39,233 nucleotides of DNA from a virus (lineage: Duplodnaviria; Caudoviricetes): positions 1-39,233 of IMG/VR virus record IMGVR_UViG_3300022670_000191, one strand, 5' to 3'. Below the pieces are notes generated by a model. The model was not told where the DNA came from and searched no databases. It worked only from the letters and a program-made list of their open reading frames with translations. The position numbers and the translations under genes are program-made. Positions 1 to 9,459 of this stretch are shown here, in pieces. Within the stretch, counting starts at the first letter, position 1. Each line of letters starts with the position of its first letter.

Positions 1-144
1 ACCATTCTGATCGCTGCGTCTTAAAGGTAGTTTGCAGTGAACCACCACGAACGGCAATCAGGGCAATATGCGTTCCACGATAGGTCACAGGATCATCGTC
101 TAAGTGACCCCACTGACCACCACTAATACGGATGTCGGTGTCAA
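1..144 (+). repeat. Terminal direct repeat, left copy
   Basis: accattctgatcgc...gatgtcggtgtcaa is identical to 39090-39233. Confidence 0.97.
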
Positions 145-637
145 ATGTAGAGGGTACCAAGGGTCCAGGATCAACCGTTATTTGGGCGGATGTTGGCGCG
201 TTCTCATTCTTAATGGTGGCGTTTTCAGGTCGTTGACCATTCGTTCCCGCCCATGATCGTCGCATGATGCATTCAGGATCTAGTTCCAGAAGTGTGTTGG
301 ACTTAATAACAAGTTGCGCGCCTACAACCGTCGATCCTGCAACAGGCAATATATGGCCCTTAACATCAAGGGTTCGTTGCCATGCCGCTTGATCATCCGT
401 AACACCATCAAAAGTAACACCCTGCCGTCTTGGATCGCCGGGATCAAACAATAAGTTCGTCGGCGTAACTGATGCCGCTATTTCTTCTGCTGTTATCTCA
501 ATGTTTGGGTTGATATCTTCTACGTCAATCTTTTTAGTACCACCCGGTACATTCGGAACATCGACAATGGTCAATGTATTGCCAGCCGCAGCCTTCGCAA
601 GCGGTGATAATGCACTACCTCTTACGTTGTCAGTCAT
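1..637 (-). CDS. Tailspike / beta-helix depolymerase, N-terminal part (continues at 39089..37807; 639 aa total)
   Basis: ATG at 637 overlaps the upstream stop (ATGA). Manual translation MTDNVRGSALSP...GVTFDGVTDDQAAWQR...DPVTYRGTHIAL joins the 37807 ORF in frame (637+1283=1920 nt). The DGVTDD motif is typical of pectate-lyase-like tailspikes. Confidence 0.85.
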   Translation of the reverse strand, partial: MTDNVRGSALSPLAKAAAGNTLTIVDVPNVPGGTKKIDVEDINPNIEITAEEIAASVTPTNLLFDPGDPRRQGVTFDGVTDDQAAWQRTLDVKGHILPVAGSTVVGAQLVIKSNTLLELDPECIMRRSWAGTNGQRPENATIKNENAPTSAQITVDPGPLVPSTFDTDIRISGGQWGHLDDDPVTYRGTHIALIAVRGGSLQTTFKTQRSEW

Positions 638-1299
638 GCAGCATCGCCTATACGTTGTACAACCATACTGATGGACGGGACGGCTGGTCTGGTTGGCGCA
701 ATGACAACGGCGGGTGCACTCTTAAGGCCCATACCAACCGTGGCAACATCAACCTGTTGCATGATCCGAAACACATCACCAACGTCTAGAAATAACATAT
801 ATAAAGACATAATGGATAACATTATATCGGAGTCTTTGATGGTCACAGCAGAACCTGTGTTCGGTTCATCCACAAACCCGGAACCTCTGTCTACCTGTAG
901 AAAAATACCGGCACCAATTCTTGCACCACCGGAGTCCTTGCCAATTTCTGGACTTGGACTGATGGAATAAATACCTGCTTTGTCAATAGTAATTTCATCT
1001 GAATCTACTGACACTGAATGTGTTATACCGTTTATCGCATTCTGTGTGTTAAAGGTAACAGGCGTTGGGTCAGTCGTTATCGGTACTTGGTCTACACTGC
1101 TACTGAGCCACGCAAAGGTCGCAATGCTGTCATCAAGAACAAACTCTATACCATCTTCGGTGACATTCACCCTGAGCTTAAAGAATGCGCTGCCTGCAGG
1201 ATAACTGCTGGGAGTATCAATCAGGTCAAGAAAGGTCGCGGCGAGGTCTTCCAGCCGATGCGTGATAATTTCTGTACCGTCATCAGCCGTCAAACTCAT
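634..1299 (-). CDS. Tail/RBP accessory protein with C-terminal C1q/BclA-like jelly-roll domain
   Basis: LRVNVTEDGIEF linker, then VTFNT...ITHS...ITIDKAGIYSIS...LDVGDVFRI pattern; coupled ATGA overlaps. Confidence 0.6.
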   Translation of the reverse strand: MSLTADDGTEIITHRLEDLAATFLDLIDTPSSYPAGSAFFKLRVNVTEDGIEFVLDDSIATFAWLSSSVDQVPITTDPTPVTFNTQNAINGITHSVSVDSDEITIDKAGIYSISPSPEIGKDSGGARIGAGIFLQVDRGSGFVDEPNTGSAVTIKDSDIMLSIMSLYMLFLDVGDVFRIMQQVDVATVGMGLKSAPAVVIAPTRPAVPSISMVVQRIGDAA

Positions 1300-1634
1300 A
1301 TCAACTTTCCATAGACCACAAAGTCAACCGCATCAGCCGTTGTTGTGATGGCATCAATCTCATCGCCTACCTCTAGGGGAAGAATCTCTCCTCCATCCAG
1401 ATATTCAGCTGATTCATCTTTTTTTAATACATATTGCTGCAATTTTCTGAGTTCTCCGTCCTTCTTTCTTACCGATAAAATGATGGTTTGTTGCGTCTGA
1501 ATGTTATTGAACATCGTGATCTTATTAATATCCACCCGCGTAAAGTCCACAATATCTGTTCTAAAGTCTGTGCCAGTTACGATATAAACCGCTGCCTCTG
1601 TTGCTGGAATTGTACCATCTGCTAAAATAGCCAT
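1296..1634 (-). CDS. Small virion beta-sandwich protein (tail accessory)
   Basis: SD GGAG upstream; LEVGDEIDAITTTADAVDFVVYG C-terminus; located in tail cluster. Confidence 0.55.
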   Translation of the reverse strand: MAILADGTIPATEAAVYIVTGTDFRTDIVDFTRVDINKITMFNNIQTQQTIILSVRKKDGELRKLQQYVLKKDESAEYLDGGEILPLEVGDEIDAITTTADAVDFVVYGKLI

Positions 1635-1665
1635 TTTGCTCCCCCCAAAATTATTATTTTGCTCT

Positions 1666-2091
1666 TTATTTGACTCCCTGTCTTGAGATAAACGTCATGG
1701 TCGCCGTATCCAAAAGCGGAACTCCGGATACATCGCTGGATAATTCAAAAAATACCACCGTTGTTTTCTCTCCTTCCGAGGACTTTCGATTATCGTAATC
1801 CCTATCTACATTGAGTTGATTAAATGTTGCAACTGCTGGATCAACCTCAAGCGTGCCACTAATAATAGTATGTTGTACAAAAAACCCCGAAGCCGCACCT
1901 TGTCCAAGCCACTGACCGGAAATAGAACTCAAGCCATCGTCTGCCTGCCTTTTGAATAAAACACCATCGGATGCAAATCTGACTCCTGAATGACAGGTTC
2001 CAGAAATACGGAAATTATTGACTGTACGATCCGTAATATTAACAAAGTCCGATACAGCTCCATCAGTACCACGAATATGACGTAATAGCAT
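1666..2091 (-). CDS. Hypothetical tail-associated protein
   Basis: Start abuts upstream stop; beta-rich; in tail cluster. Confidence 0.55.
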   Translation of the reverse strand: MLLRHIRGTDGAVSDFVNITDRTVNNFRISGTCHSGVRFASDGVLFKRQADDGLSSISGQWLGQGAASGFFVQHTIISGTLEVDPAVATFNQLNVDRDYDNRKSSEGEKTTVVFFELSSDVSGVPLLDTATMTFISRQGVK

Positions 2092-2901
2092 TTACGCATA
2101 CGCCTGTGAGAATTCTAAATCGGTTATAGTTAGAGCATCAATAGTGCTGAAAGTTAATTTGTCTCTGGCATTATTTGCTACACTCATCGTATAGGTTGCC
2201 CCACCAGGAATTTCAACAGAGGCCGGTAGGGTTATTGTGAATGCACCGCCACCACCGTCCTGCGTTATTCTAAGTGTCACCTCTCCGTAAATACCTGTTG
2301 CCGGTGGATTGGTCAATACTATTGTCGTATTTTCGGTAAGCGTTGTTGAAAATGAATTGCCAGTCGTAAAATCAAGCGTCAACGTTCCTGATACACTCGA
2401 TACAGAATTGTGTTTGACTGCATAATCCACCAATAAAGCACGCCGCAACTCTTGATCAGATATTTGTAAGGCGGCAGTGAACGTTTGAATAGCTGAGAAT
2501 GTGTTGGTCCTGGCTAATTTAGCCCAATCATCGGAAATCTCTTTCAGTACTAACTCAACATCCGCTGCAGTGAAATTGCCGGCAGAATCTAAAACACTGA
2601 CATTGGATGCCGCAAGATCTGTAATGCCATCCTCAGGTGCAAAGAAATCGATTGGACCGTATACTACGGCACCTTGTTTCGTTTTAAGTGTTACCGTACC
2701 TTGGGTATCGGTGAAGATATCGCCGAAAAGACCGTCAGCATCGGCAACAACCGGATCTGTATTTTGCGACGTTAACGCCAGATCACTGAACGTTACTTTT
2801 GGTGTTGAGGTGCCGAACTCAAAGAAACTGAGCGTAGCTCCATCAAAGCTGTCAATACCATCACCAACACGAACACGCGGCTCCGGAAAGCGAAAGGCCA
2901 C
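2092..2901 (-). CDS. Tail fibre/adaptor with N-terminal head-binding-like domain
   Basis: GTG start with SD AGGAG; LSFFEFGTSTPKVTFSD...NTDPVVADADG resembles podovirus tailspike particle-binding N-termini; C-terminal beta-sandwich. Confidence 0.7.
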   Translation of the reverse strand: MAFRFPEPRVRVGDGIDSFDGATLSFFEFGTSTPKVTFSDLALTSQNTDPVVADADGLFGDIFTDTQGTVTLKTKQGAVVYGPIDFFAPEDGITDLAASNVSVLDSAGNFTAADVELVLKEISDDWAKLARTNTFSAIQTFTAALQISDQELRRALLVDYAVKHNSVSSVSGTLTLDFTTGNSFSTTLTENTTIVLTNPPATGIYGEVTLRITQDGGGGAFTITLPASVEIPGGATYTMSVANNARDKLTFSTIDALTITDLEFSQAYA

Positions 2902-2913
2902 TATCTATTCTCC

Positions 2914-2922
2914 TGTTATACT
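2914..2922 (+). promoter_or_regulatory. Extended -10 promoter (TGtTATACT) for a leaderless mRNA
   Basis: TG at 2914-2915, TATACT at 2917-2922, ATG 7 nt later at 2930, no SD. Confidence 0.55.
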
Positions 2923-2929
2923 GGGCGTC

Positions 2930-3097
2930 ATGAAATTACCCGCTGACAAAATTTGGAATTGGTCGCAAACATTTAACTATTTTCTTCCCATTATTGCCGT
3001 ATCGGTTGTTATGGTATCTTTTAACATTCCAAATTCACTGCTGTATATATATATTGTTTCAACTTTCATTTGGGCAGCACTTAAATACAATCAATAA
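2930..3097 (+). CDS. 55-aa hydrophobic membrane protein, candidate superinfection exclusion (sieA-like position)
   Basis: MKLPADKIWNW...FLPIIAVSVVMVSFNIPNSLLYIYIVSTFIWAALKYNQ; AT-rich; fills the gap between the gp16-like and tail genes on the opposite strand. Confidence 0.6.
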   Translation: MKLPADKIWNWSQTFNYFLPIIAVSVVMVSFNIPNSLLYIYIVSTFIWAALKYNQ

Positions 3098-4717
3098 TCA
3101 CTGTTCGGTTTGAACAGCAACACCACTCAGCGCCGCTCCAGGTATAACACCTGGTGCCGGTCTAATGGCCTCCGTAGAAAGTCCGGAGCGCCTAGCAACC
3201 TCACTTAACGCACCTCTTCTAAGTAACGGACGAGCTACGGTTCCAGCCAGTGGTATCAACGCAGCCGGACCTGCTCCAAGTACAGCCGCCGTACCGGCAA
3301 TGCCCGCAGATGTTCCGCCAACGGCTAGATCCAGTGGAGAAAATGCTTGTGCAGTCCCAGTGAATAATCTCGATACTGACGGAAATGTATTGGCAAAATC
3401 AGCAATAGTTCGCAATTCTCCGCTCAACGGTTTTCCTTTCTTGAGCTGAGCTGCAAGTTGTGTGGCGGACACTTCACCTGTTATACGACCCTGCAGAGCT
3501 TCTTGAACTGAGTATGTTTCAGCTATCTGCTGGCGAGCTTGTCGGAATGCATCAACCAATGCAGGATCACCACCTCTTCCAAGATGACGTTCCAACACAC
3601 TCTCTATTGCATTCGACGCTGCCCGATATGAATTGCCAAGTGCTTTATCGCCACCTCGAAATGCAACGTCTGCTCTGTTGCGTAGCAGGCTTATAGCATC
3701 AACACCAGCGCCTGCATCGAACTCGGCCACACGTAAACCTTCAACGATATCGATGATCTCGCTCTTGGCTAATTCAGGGAAGTCTCTTGCTGCATTTTTG
3801 AACTGTCTTGTTGATGCAGACAAATCCCGCTTAAAGCGATTGTCCGTAAATATCTGGCCAACATCCCTGACAGCTTCATATGCCTGACCAGCCTGACTGC
3901 GTATTCCCTGTAGTACATCTATGGTCACCGGCACCTCTTCAGGTAAACCAACAGCACGACTGGCAAGTCTGTTTGTCACTGCCTGGTTTGTCTCTATAGC
4001 TTGCTGACCAGTCTTGAGCCTACCGCCAAGGCCCTCAGCTAAACCGGCAGCACCAGCCTCACCTCTTACAGATGGAGGCGTAACATAGCCTTCCTCAGCC
4101 GCTGAAGCCGCGACCTGTTGACGTGGTGTTGGTTTTGCAGAAGGTCTGGTTATAGTCGGACCACGACGTAAACCAAACAGTGCTGGCGCGGCGAGTATGG
4201 CTGTCTTGACCAAGGTAGCGCCAAGCACGTCCTCCGGATCACCCGTGATCTCACCAGCGATATCTGCGAATTGTTCCAGAGACTCCAAAGGAGCTTGGAT
4301 AGCTTCTGCAGCACGTTGTCCTACTTCAGTACGTGGTTGAAATGTACCAATATCCTGAAATCGTTCGATTACGGCTCGTCCGGCACCAGCCGGATCTTCA
4401 CCACCTCTAAGCGCCTCAAAGGCAGTTACCGGAATAGCGGCGACTCCGCCTGCTGCAGTAGCCGCACCACCTGTGGCGAGCTGTAATGCAACCTCTGGCA
4501 GTCCACGAATATCAGCCACAGTGCCACCGATGACCTCAGCAGCACCACGAAGGATACCAGGCTGATCTTCTGTCAATGCAACTTGTTCTGCCTCCAGTTC
4601 AGATATACGGGCCAAACGCTGCTCACGGGTACGTTGACCGGGCGCAGACGCTGCTTGTCGTTGCTTGGCTTGCGCTATAGCAATAGCTTTTTGCTGTTCT
4701 ATAGTGAGATGAGCCAT
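3098..4717 (-). CDS. DNA ejection (internal virion) protein, P22 gp16-position
   Basis: 539 aa, Ala/Gly/Arg-rich helical; third of three ejection-slot genes. Confidence 0.7.
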   Translation of the reverse strand: MAHLTIEQQKAIAIAQAKQRQAASAPGQRTREQRLARISELEAEQVALTEDQPGILRGAAEVIGGTVADIRGLPEVALQLATGGAATAAGGVAAIPVTAFEALRGGEDPAGAGRAVIERFQDIGTFQPRTEVGQRAAEAIQAPLESLEQFADIAGEITGDPEDVLGATLVKTAILAAPALFGLRRGPTITRPSAKPTPRQQVAASAAEEGYVTPPSVRGEAGAAGLAEGLGGRLKTGQQAIETNQAVTNRLASRAVGLPEEVPVTIDVLQGIRSQAGQAYEAVRDVGQIFTDNRFKRDLSASTRQFKNAARDFPELAKSEIIDIVEGLRVAEFDAGAGVDAISLLRNRADVAFRGGDKALGNSYRAASNAIESVLERHLGRGGDPALVDAFRQARQQIAETYSVQEALQGRITGEVSATQLAAQLKKGKPLSGELRTIADFANTFPSVSRLFTGTAQAFSPLDLAVGGTSAGIAGTAAVLGAGPAALIPLAGTVARPLLRRGALSEVARRSGLSTEAIRPAPGVIPGAALSGVAVQTEQ

Positions 4718-4718
4718 A

Positions 4719-6011
4719 TCATTGCTTGAACAATGCTCGTTGTTCGGGTGTCATAAACTCAAGAAGTGATGGGTCAACAGTATCTGCTTCAATGGGTTCA
4801 TCTCCACGCCGTTGCTGACGTAAGAAACCTGCAATACTTCCTCCCTCATCAAGAAAATCAATCTGACTCTCGTAATATGTTCGCAGTTTTTCCTGCGCAG
4901 ACTTTTTATTCTGCAGAAAGGTAATCAGCTCAGGGGGCTGTAGATTTGTTGGCAGTGCGGTTGCGCGAGCAAGATCCAGTTCGCCCTTACTCAATGCACC
5001 GAAGGTAACGGAGCCAACCACATCCAACGCAAGCTCTCCCTGGATTTGATCCAGTATGACTGATGACTCACGTATTGATGGAAAAAAGTTGCTTTCAATC
5101 GCGCCTGTAGATGCACCACCTTCCAAAGCAGTAATTGCTCGATCAATGTTGCGCACGTTCTTATTAATGTTCTTGATGCTGTCAAAGCCTTTATCAATCG
5201 TTGCAGCACGAGACGCACCAGTGCGCTCTGCAAACTTGGTTCTTTCAGCCAGTGTTTCGCGCAGTTCTGCCACCAACTCACCCAACTGCTTATCAACCGC
5301 AATGGTTTGTTCGGCAGAGCCAATCGCACGCGGGTCGATACCCAATGCAACCCTGGCAGCTTCCTCTATTTCTTCTCCCTCTAATCCAGCAGACTCAATA
5401 AGTCCACGAAAAGTCTGTAACGCAAACGGCTCAACAGTGCCACGCTGCAGACCAAGGCGTTCTTTAGTACTCAATGCAGCCGACTGAACGATATTTAACG
5501 AACGATCTTGATCCTCTGGTGATTGTCCGATAAGACTTAAAGTATCTCTGGGATCGCGACCTTCGGTCTTAAGTGTTTCGGCCTGTTGTAAGATCACGGC
5601 TTCACGATCCTGCGGAGCTGTTTGTAATATTTCACTCGCTCTACGCGAGGCATCCTCACGTTGCGCAGACGAGGTAGCACCCATATTCTGAAATAGCGTA
5701 TCAGCCAATTCAGGATTCAATTGGAATAAACGATCAGATGCTTGCCTTGATTGCTCACCAGTACCTTGCTGTATCACATTGATTAGGCGTTGTGTTTCCT
5801 GCTGTTGTAAAACCGCTGCATCATTGGCTTCAACTTGCTGCTCGCCAAGCCTTACCTGGTTAGACGCTATTTCTGCAGCAGATGCGGCGCGATCTCGCTC
5901 TGATCGAATTGTCTCGATCTCTGAAGCGGGTATATCGGCTGCAAATGACACAATGCCCTGACCAACGCGTGATAAAAGCCCTCGTTTAACCTCTTCCTCT
6001 GGGGTTGCCAT
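4719..6011 (-). CDS. DNA ejection protein, P22 gp20-position
   Basis: 430 aa Gln/Ala-rich helical, with FGALSKGEL motif; synteny. Confidence 0.7.
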   Translation of the reverse strand: MATPEEEVKRGLLSRVGQGIVSFAADIPASEIETIRSERDRAASAAEIASNQVRLGEQQVEANDAAVLQQQETQRLINVIQQGTGEQSRQASDRLFQLNPELADTLFQNMGATSSAQREDASRRASEILQTAPQDREAVILQQAETLKTEGRDPRDTLSLIGQSPEDQDRSLNIVQSAALSTKERLGLQRGTVEPFALQTFRGLIESAGLEGEEIEEAARVALGIDPRAIGSAEQTIAVDKQLGELVAELRETLAERTKFAERTGASRAATIDKGFDSIKNINKNVRNIDRAITALEGGASTGAIESNFFPSIRESSVILDQIQGELALDVVGSVTFGALSKGELDLARATALPTNLQPPELITFLQNKKSAQEKLRTYYESQIDFLDEGGSIAGFLRQQRRGDEPIEADTVDPSLLEFMTPEQRALFKQ

Positions 6012-6580
6012 TAGATAAACGCCTGTGCAACTTGACCAAGGCCGCGTCTAATTCCGGCAGCCTGCCCTAAAATACCACTCGCCCGTGCCTCGCCTCGTTC
6101 CGATAAAAGACCGGCAATATTGGTCGATATATCTGCACCAATACCGGCTTGTTGACCCACTGCGCTAAGACCTCTTCGTGCGACACCTGCCAAACGATCC
6201 TTACGCTCACTCAACTGAGTTGAGGCAATGCCAAATGCTTGTTCCTGTAGCGCAGTGCGTACATTACCGCCGCCTAAACCTCCTATGGCCGCTTCGTTAC
6301 GCAGTAATGCGCGTTCCTGACGTTCACGTAGAAAGACCTGACCAGGTGACTCCTGAAAACCTGAAATAGCAGCTTGTTCGGCTTCGGTACCGCGTAATCC
6401 TAAAAATGCAGCCTCTCTTTCGCCGGCAGCACCACCACGTTCAACAAAACCGGAAAAATCCTGACGTGTAATATCGCGCTGGCGTCGTTGTTCGGCAATG
6501 CCCTCAGTTCGACCGGCCGCCGCCGCCTCGCCTGCCTTCTTTTCTGCACCTCCGAAGAAAGTGTCTGTAATAAAACTCAT
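6011..6580 (-). CDS. DNA transfer protein, P22 gp7-like
   Basis: FQESPGQVFL...AAIGGLGGGNVRTALQE motif typical of gp7-like proteins; synteny. Confidence 0.8.
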   Translation of the reverse strand: MSFITDTFFGGAEKKAGEAAAAGRTEGIAEQRRQRDITRQDFSGFVERGGAAGEREAAFLGLRGTEAEQAAISGFQESPGQVFLRERQERALLRNEAAIGGLGGGNVRTALQEQAFGIASTQLSERKDRLAGVARRGLSAVGQQAGIGADISTNIAGLLSERGEARASGILGQAAGIRRGLGQVAQAFI

Positions 6581-6978
6581 GAGTTTAATAACCTCCTGAT
6601 AAACAGGTCACGCTTATCCGATTCTAACAGTCTGAATCCTAGCCGACGTGCAAACATCACGACATGGCGCAATTTAGGATCGATTTCGGCATAAATGGAT
6701 GTATATCCATAGTTAAACAATGCCTGACAGGCTTCCTCAACTGCCTCATAGGCTAGTTTACCGCGTTTATCGGGCAATATGTTGGGATGGATTTTACAAC
6801 TATCTCTAAATGGATATACAGTTATCACACCATCGCCATCATTGACAATGAAATACAATACACTTGGCAGATAAGGTGGATCAAAAGGTTCTACTCCCTC
6901 AGGAGCAATATCTTTCCAGATATCCGGATGCTGCAGGATAGAATTAACGATATCCATGTCATAAGTACGTCTGATCAT
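6577..6978 (-). CDS. P22 gp14-like (DUF2824, GNAT-like fold) virion assembly protein
   Basis: IHPNILPDKRGK...FARRLGFR; position between needle slot and gp7; likely start MIRRTYD overlaps the upstream stop. Confidence 0.7.
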   Translation of the reverse strand: MIRRTYDMDIVNSILQHPDIWKDIAPEGVEPFDPPYLPSVLYFIVNDGDGVITVYPFRDSCKIHPNILPDKRGKLAYEAVEEACQALFNYGYTSIYAEIDPKLRHVVMFARRLGFRLLESDKRDLFIRRLLNS

Positions 6979-7400
6979 GTCATCTGTTGTCCGCGACATT
7001 TCCATTGCGTTGCCTCAATCTTCCGAAAACGCCCGGAGCCGGCAGCCGCTATCGTGCGTGAACCTGTAGTACCATCTGCCTCAAAAATCAGTGTGTCAGT
7101 GTCGATATCAACGCTTAACGTCTTATTCGTATCGTTTTGTATCTCAACGACTGAGCCTATTTCAAATCCCACCGAATCATTATCGGGAATAGTAGTTTTC
7201 AACGCCACTGTGCCCGTAAATCGAATCAGGGTATCGTCCAAAACAAAAGTGTAATCACTGGTCTGCGTATTGACGGGAGAAGCACCCAGATTGTTGACGT
7301 CTTCAACCAGATTCTCCAATACCTCTGCAAAGAGTGAGCTTGGTAATCCGTCTGTATCGACGAGTGAGTCAAATCGGTTAGGTGCAGCTCTCCTGGTCAT
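6975..7400 (-). CDS. Tail needle-slot (gp26-position) protein
   Basis: Directly after gp10; short helical N-terminus plus beta-knob (NTQTSDYTFVLDD...GFEIGSVVEIQN). Confidence 0.55.
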   Translation of the reverse strand: MTRRAAPNRFDSLVDTDGLPSSLFAEVLENLVEDVNNLGASPVNTQTSDYTFVLDDTLIRFTGTVALKTTIPDNDSVGFEIGSVVEIQNDTNKTLSVDIDTDTLIFEADGTTGSRTIAAAGSGRFRKIEATQWKCRGQQMT

Positions 7401-8854
7401 ATCTGCGGCACGTTTGAAGAGGCTGAGAACTCAGCATCCAGTCGAATTAAAGTGCTTTTTATCGGTTCAGTCGTTGTAAATCGTAATACACGGTCCCTTG
7501 GTATCTGTCCCTGTCTTCTCCAGGACGGAATCCGCCTGCGCTCGCCAATCTTGCCATACGAACGAAGACCGGCACTGGTAAAAATACCGCTCTGATCGTC
7601 AGAGAATTCCATTTTTATCTGCGGGTCAAGTCCGGCAATCGTTCCTACTCCAGCCTCCATCGTCAACATCAGTTTAGAAACCGTCAAAGGAAATCGGTCA
7701 ACATTAAATGGCTGCGATGTCTTCTGTCGTTTGATCACATTTCCATATTCAGTATGCGTGTCCTTATCAAAGGTACCAATGCGACCGTCAACCGAATCGG
7801 CAACGATTAGATCCCCAAAAACACTGACAATAGCCGTGACTCGCCACTTGTCATCAACGACTCCTGACTGGCGTTCATGCCATATGTTCTCGCCGGTTAA
7901 TGCACTGGTCGTTGCGTCATAGACCAAAGTGCGTGAGGGAATACGAATTGAAGTAAAAGTGAAAGCAACAAAATAGTTTCCACCGTGTGCATAAGTGAAT
8001 GCAAAGGCATCCGCAATCTCATCCGACGTGTATTCTTGAATTGCGTTATCGACTGCTGACGTTGATATCTTTCGCACACCACTTTCCAGACGCCATACAG
8101 CGGTAAGTTCATTCGGTGCACCACCTAGAAATACAAAAGAGTTATCAAAGTTAACGATGCTGTGTTTAGCTCTTAATCCTTTTTGTATGTCTCCGCCTTC
8201 AACACGTTTGAACGGAAATCCAGAACCTCCTACGTTACGAAATAGTTCACCTGTATCTTCACCCCAAACACGCAGCTCGTTGCGATTAACGTGTACCGCC
8301 ACAATCTTATCCGGACGGACTTCAGCAGAACCGAAATCGAGTCCACTATAGATAAGGGGTTGATTAAGGTTTGATATGAAAAACTGTTCGCCATCGGAGG
8401 CCGAGAAGACGAAAAATCCGTCCTTGAAATCCACGGTATCGGCTATTTGAAAGTCAATATCCGTTATTTCTGTGAGCGATGAATCAACGTTATCGAACAC
8501 ATAGCCTGTCACTCCAGGCACGACAATGACCAGAAACCGACCGTTATTCGCTAAAGACACGCGATCCGCACCGTCAATCGTGCCGTGATTCGTCACCACA
8601 TTATTGGCATCAAACGAATACAGTGCGTTCTCGTTGACGAAATAAGGCACACCGTTAACGACTTGGGCACCACGATTAATGCCTACAATAGTAGCGCCAG
8701 TGAGTGTCCGGGTGACTATGCCAAATACATCGAACAGCGCTCTGTTATTCAAAGCGCTGGCCTGTGGAACAACGGGAATCCAGTTAACGCAGCGTTGGTT
8801 TACCAGCGGTGTTGAGTCCGATTGATAAAAGCCTGTAGCAATTTCTAATTGCAT
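7397..8854 (-). CDS. Tail hub / packaged DNA stabilization protein, P22 gp10-like
   Basis: FKDGFFVF, DFGSAEVRPDKIV, TLVYDATT, WRRQG motifs; 485 aa; synteny. Confidence 0.88.
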   Translation of the reverse strand: MQLEIATGFYQSDSTPLVNQRCVNWIPVVPQASALNNRALFDVFGIVTRTLTGATIVGINRGAQVVNGVPYFVNENALYSFDANNVVTNHGTIDGADRVSLANNGRFLVIVVPGVTGYVFDNVDSSLTEITDIDFQIADTVDFKDGFFVFSASDGEQFFISNLNQPLIYSGLDFGSAEVRPDKIVAVHVNRNELRVWGEDTGELFRNVGGSGFPFKRVEGGDIQKGLRAKHSIVNFDNSFVFLGGAPNELTAVWRLESGVRKISTSAVDNAIQEYTSDEIADAFAFTYAHGGNYFVAFTFTSIRIPSRTLVYDATTSALTGENIWHERQSGVVDDKWRVTAIVSVFGDLIVADSVDGRIGTFDKDTHTEYGNVIKRQKTSQPFNVDRFPLTVSKLMLTMEAGVGTIAGLDPQIKMEFSDDQSGIFTSAGLRSYGKIGERRRIPSWRRQGQIPRDRVLRFTTTEPIKSTLIRLDAEFSASSNVPQI

Positions 8855-9309
8855 TTGCGGCGAATATTGGACGGAAAGAATCGGGAGTTACGTAGATTAC
8901 CTGGTGTATCTCCATCGGCCACAAAGTGATTGTCTTCATTTCCGCTGCCAATGGGTAAGCTATCTGGAAATTCTGTTGGTTTAAGGTCTATCGAGCCACG
9001 TAATGAACGTTTACTGCGTCTAGCACGAAGTCTTAGTTCATCTCCTACGCTACGCCCATACTCAGGGGCTATGTAGACGGCCAAGTTAGCTTTGATAGCA
9101 CCTATGGCGCCCAGATCAACAAATAACTCATCGTCTGCATCGTCGAGTGTTTCATAGCCAACATTGATACCGTTGACGTTCCACTCGTTCATCATGTCGT
9201 TGAGCGCGACACGACCGTCTTCAGCTTCTGCAGCTGTAATGGCGGCTTCTGCTACCTTAATTTCCAGTAATAGCAGCGCACCCTTTACAACCTCACTTAC
9301 CGTTGCCAT
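8845..9309 (-). CDS. Head-to-tail adaptor, P22 gp4-like
   Basis: ALNDMMNEW...NLAVYIAPEYG...LPIGSGN motifs; ATG at 9309 with SD GAGG. Confidence 0.88.
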   Translation of the reverse strand: MATVSEVVKGALLLLEIKVAEAAITAAEAEDGRVALNDMMNEWNVNGINVGYETLDDADDELFVDLGAIGAIKANLAVYIAPEYGRSVGDELRLRARRSKRSLRGSIDLKPTEFPDSLPIGSGNEDNHFVADGDTPGNLRNSRFFPSNIRRKCN

Positions 9310-9403
9310 ATTCAAGCGCCTCGAATGCTTTATCAGAGCCTATTTCAAGCACGAAATCACGCAGCTCATCATTCTCAAACTGCATGATCCAATGATAATT
9401 CCA

Positions 9404-9443
9404 TAACGGGGAGCCGGGTACACCAACCCCGACATCCCCATCA
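9404..9443 (-). promoter_or_regulatory. Strong stem-loop after the coat gene (mRNA stability or attenuation)
   Basis: Minus strand UGAUGGGGA-U-GUCGGG / CCCGGC-UCCCCGUUA with G-U pairs; no U-tract. Confidence 0.5.
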
Positions 9444-9459
9444 TGAACATAAGCCTCGA

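Noticed and set aside
2501-2929. 198-aa plus-strand ORF 2501..3097
   Set aside because: The 5' part is the antisense shadow of the tail adaptor gene. Only 2930-3097 is supported.
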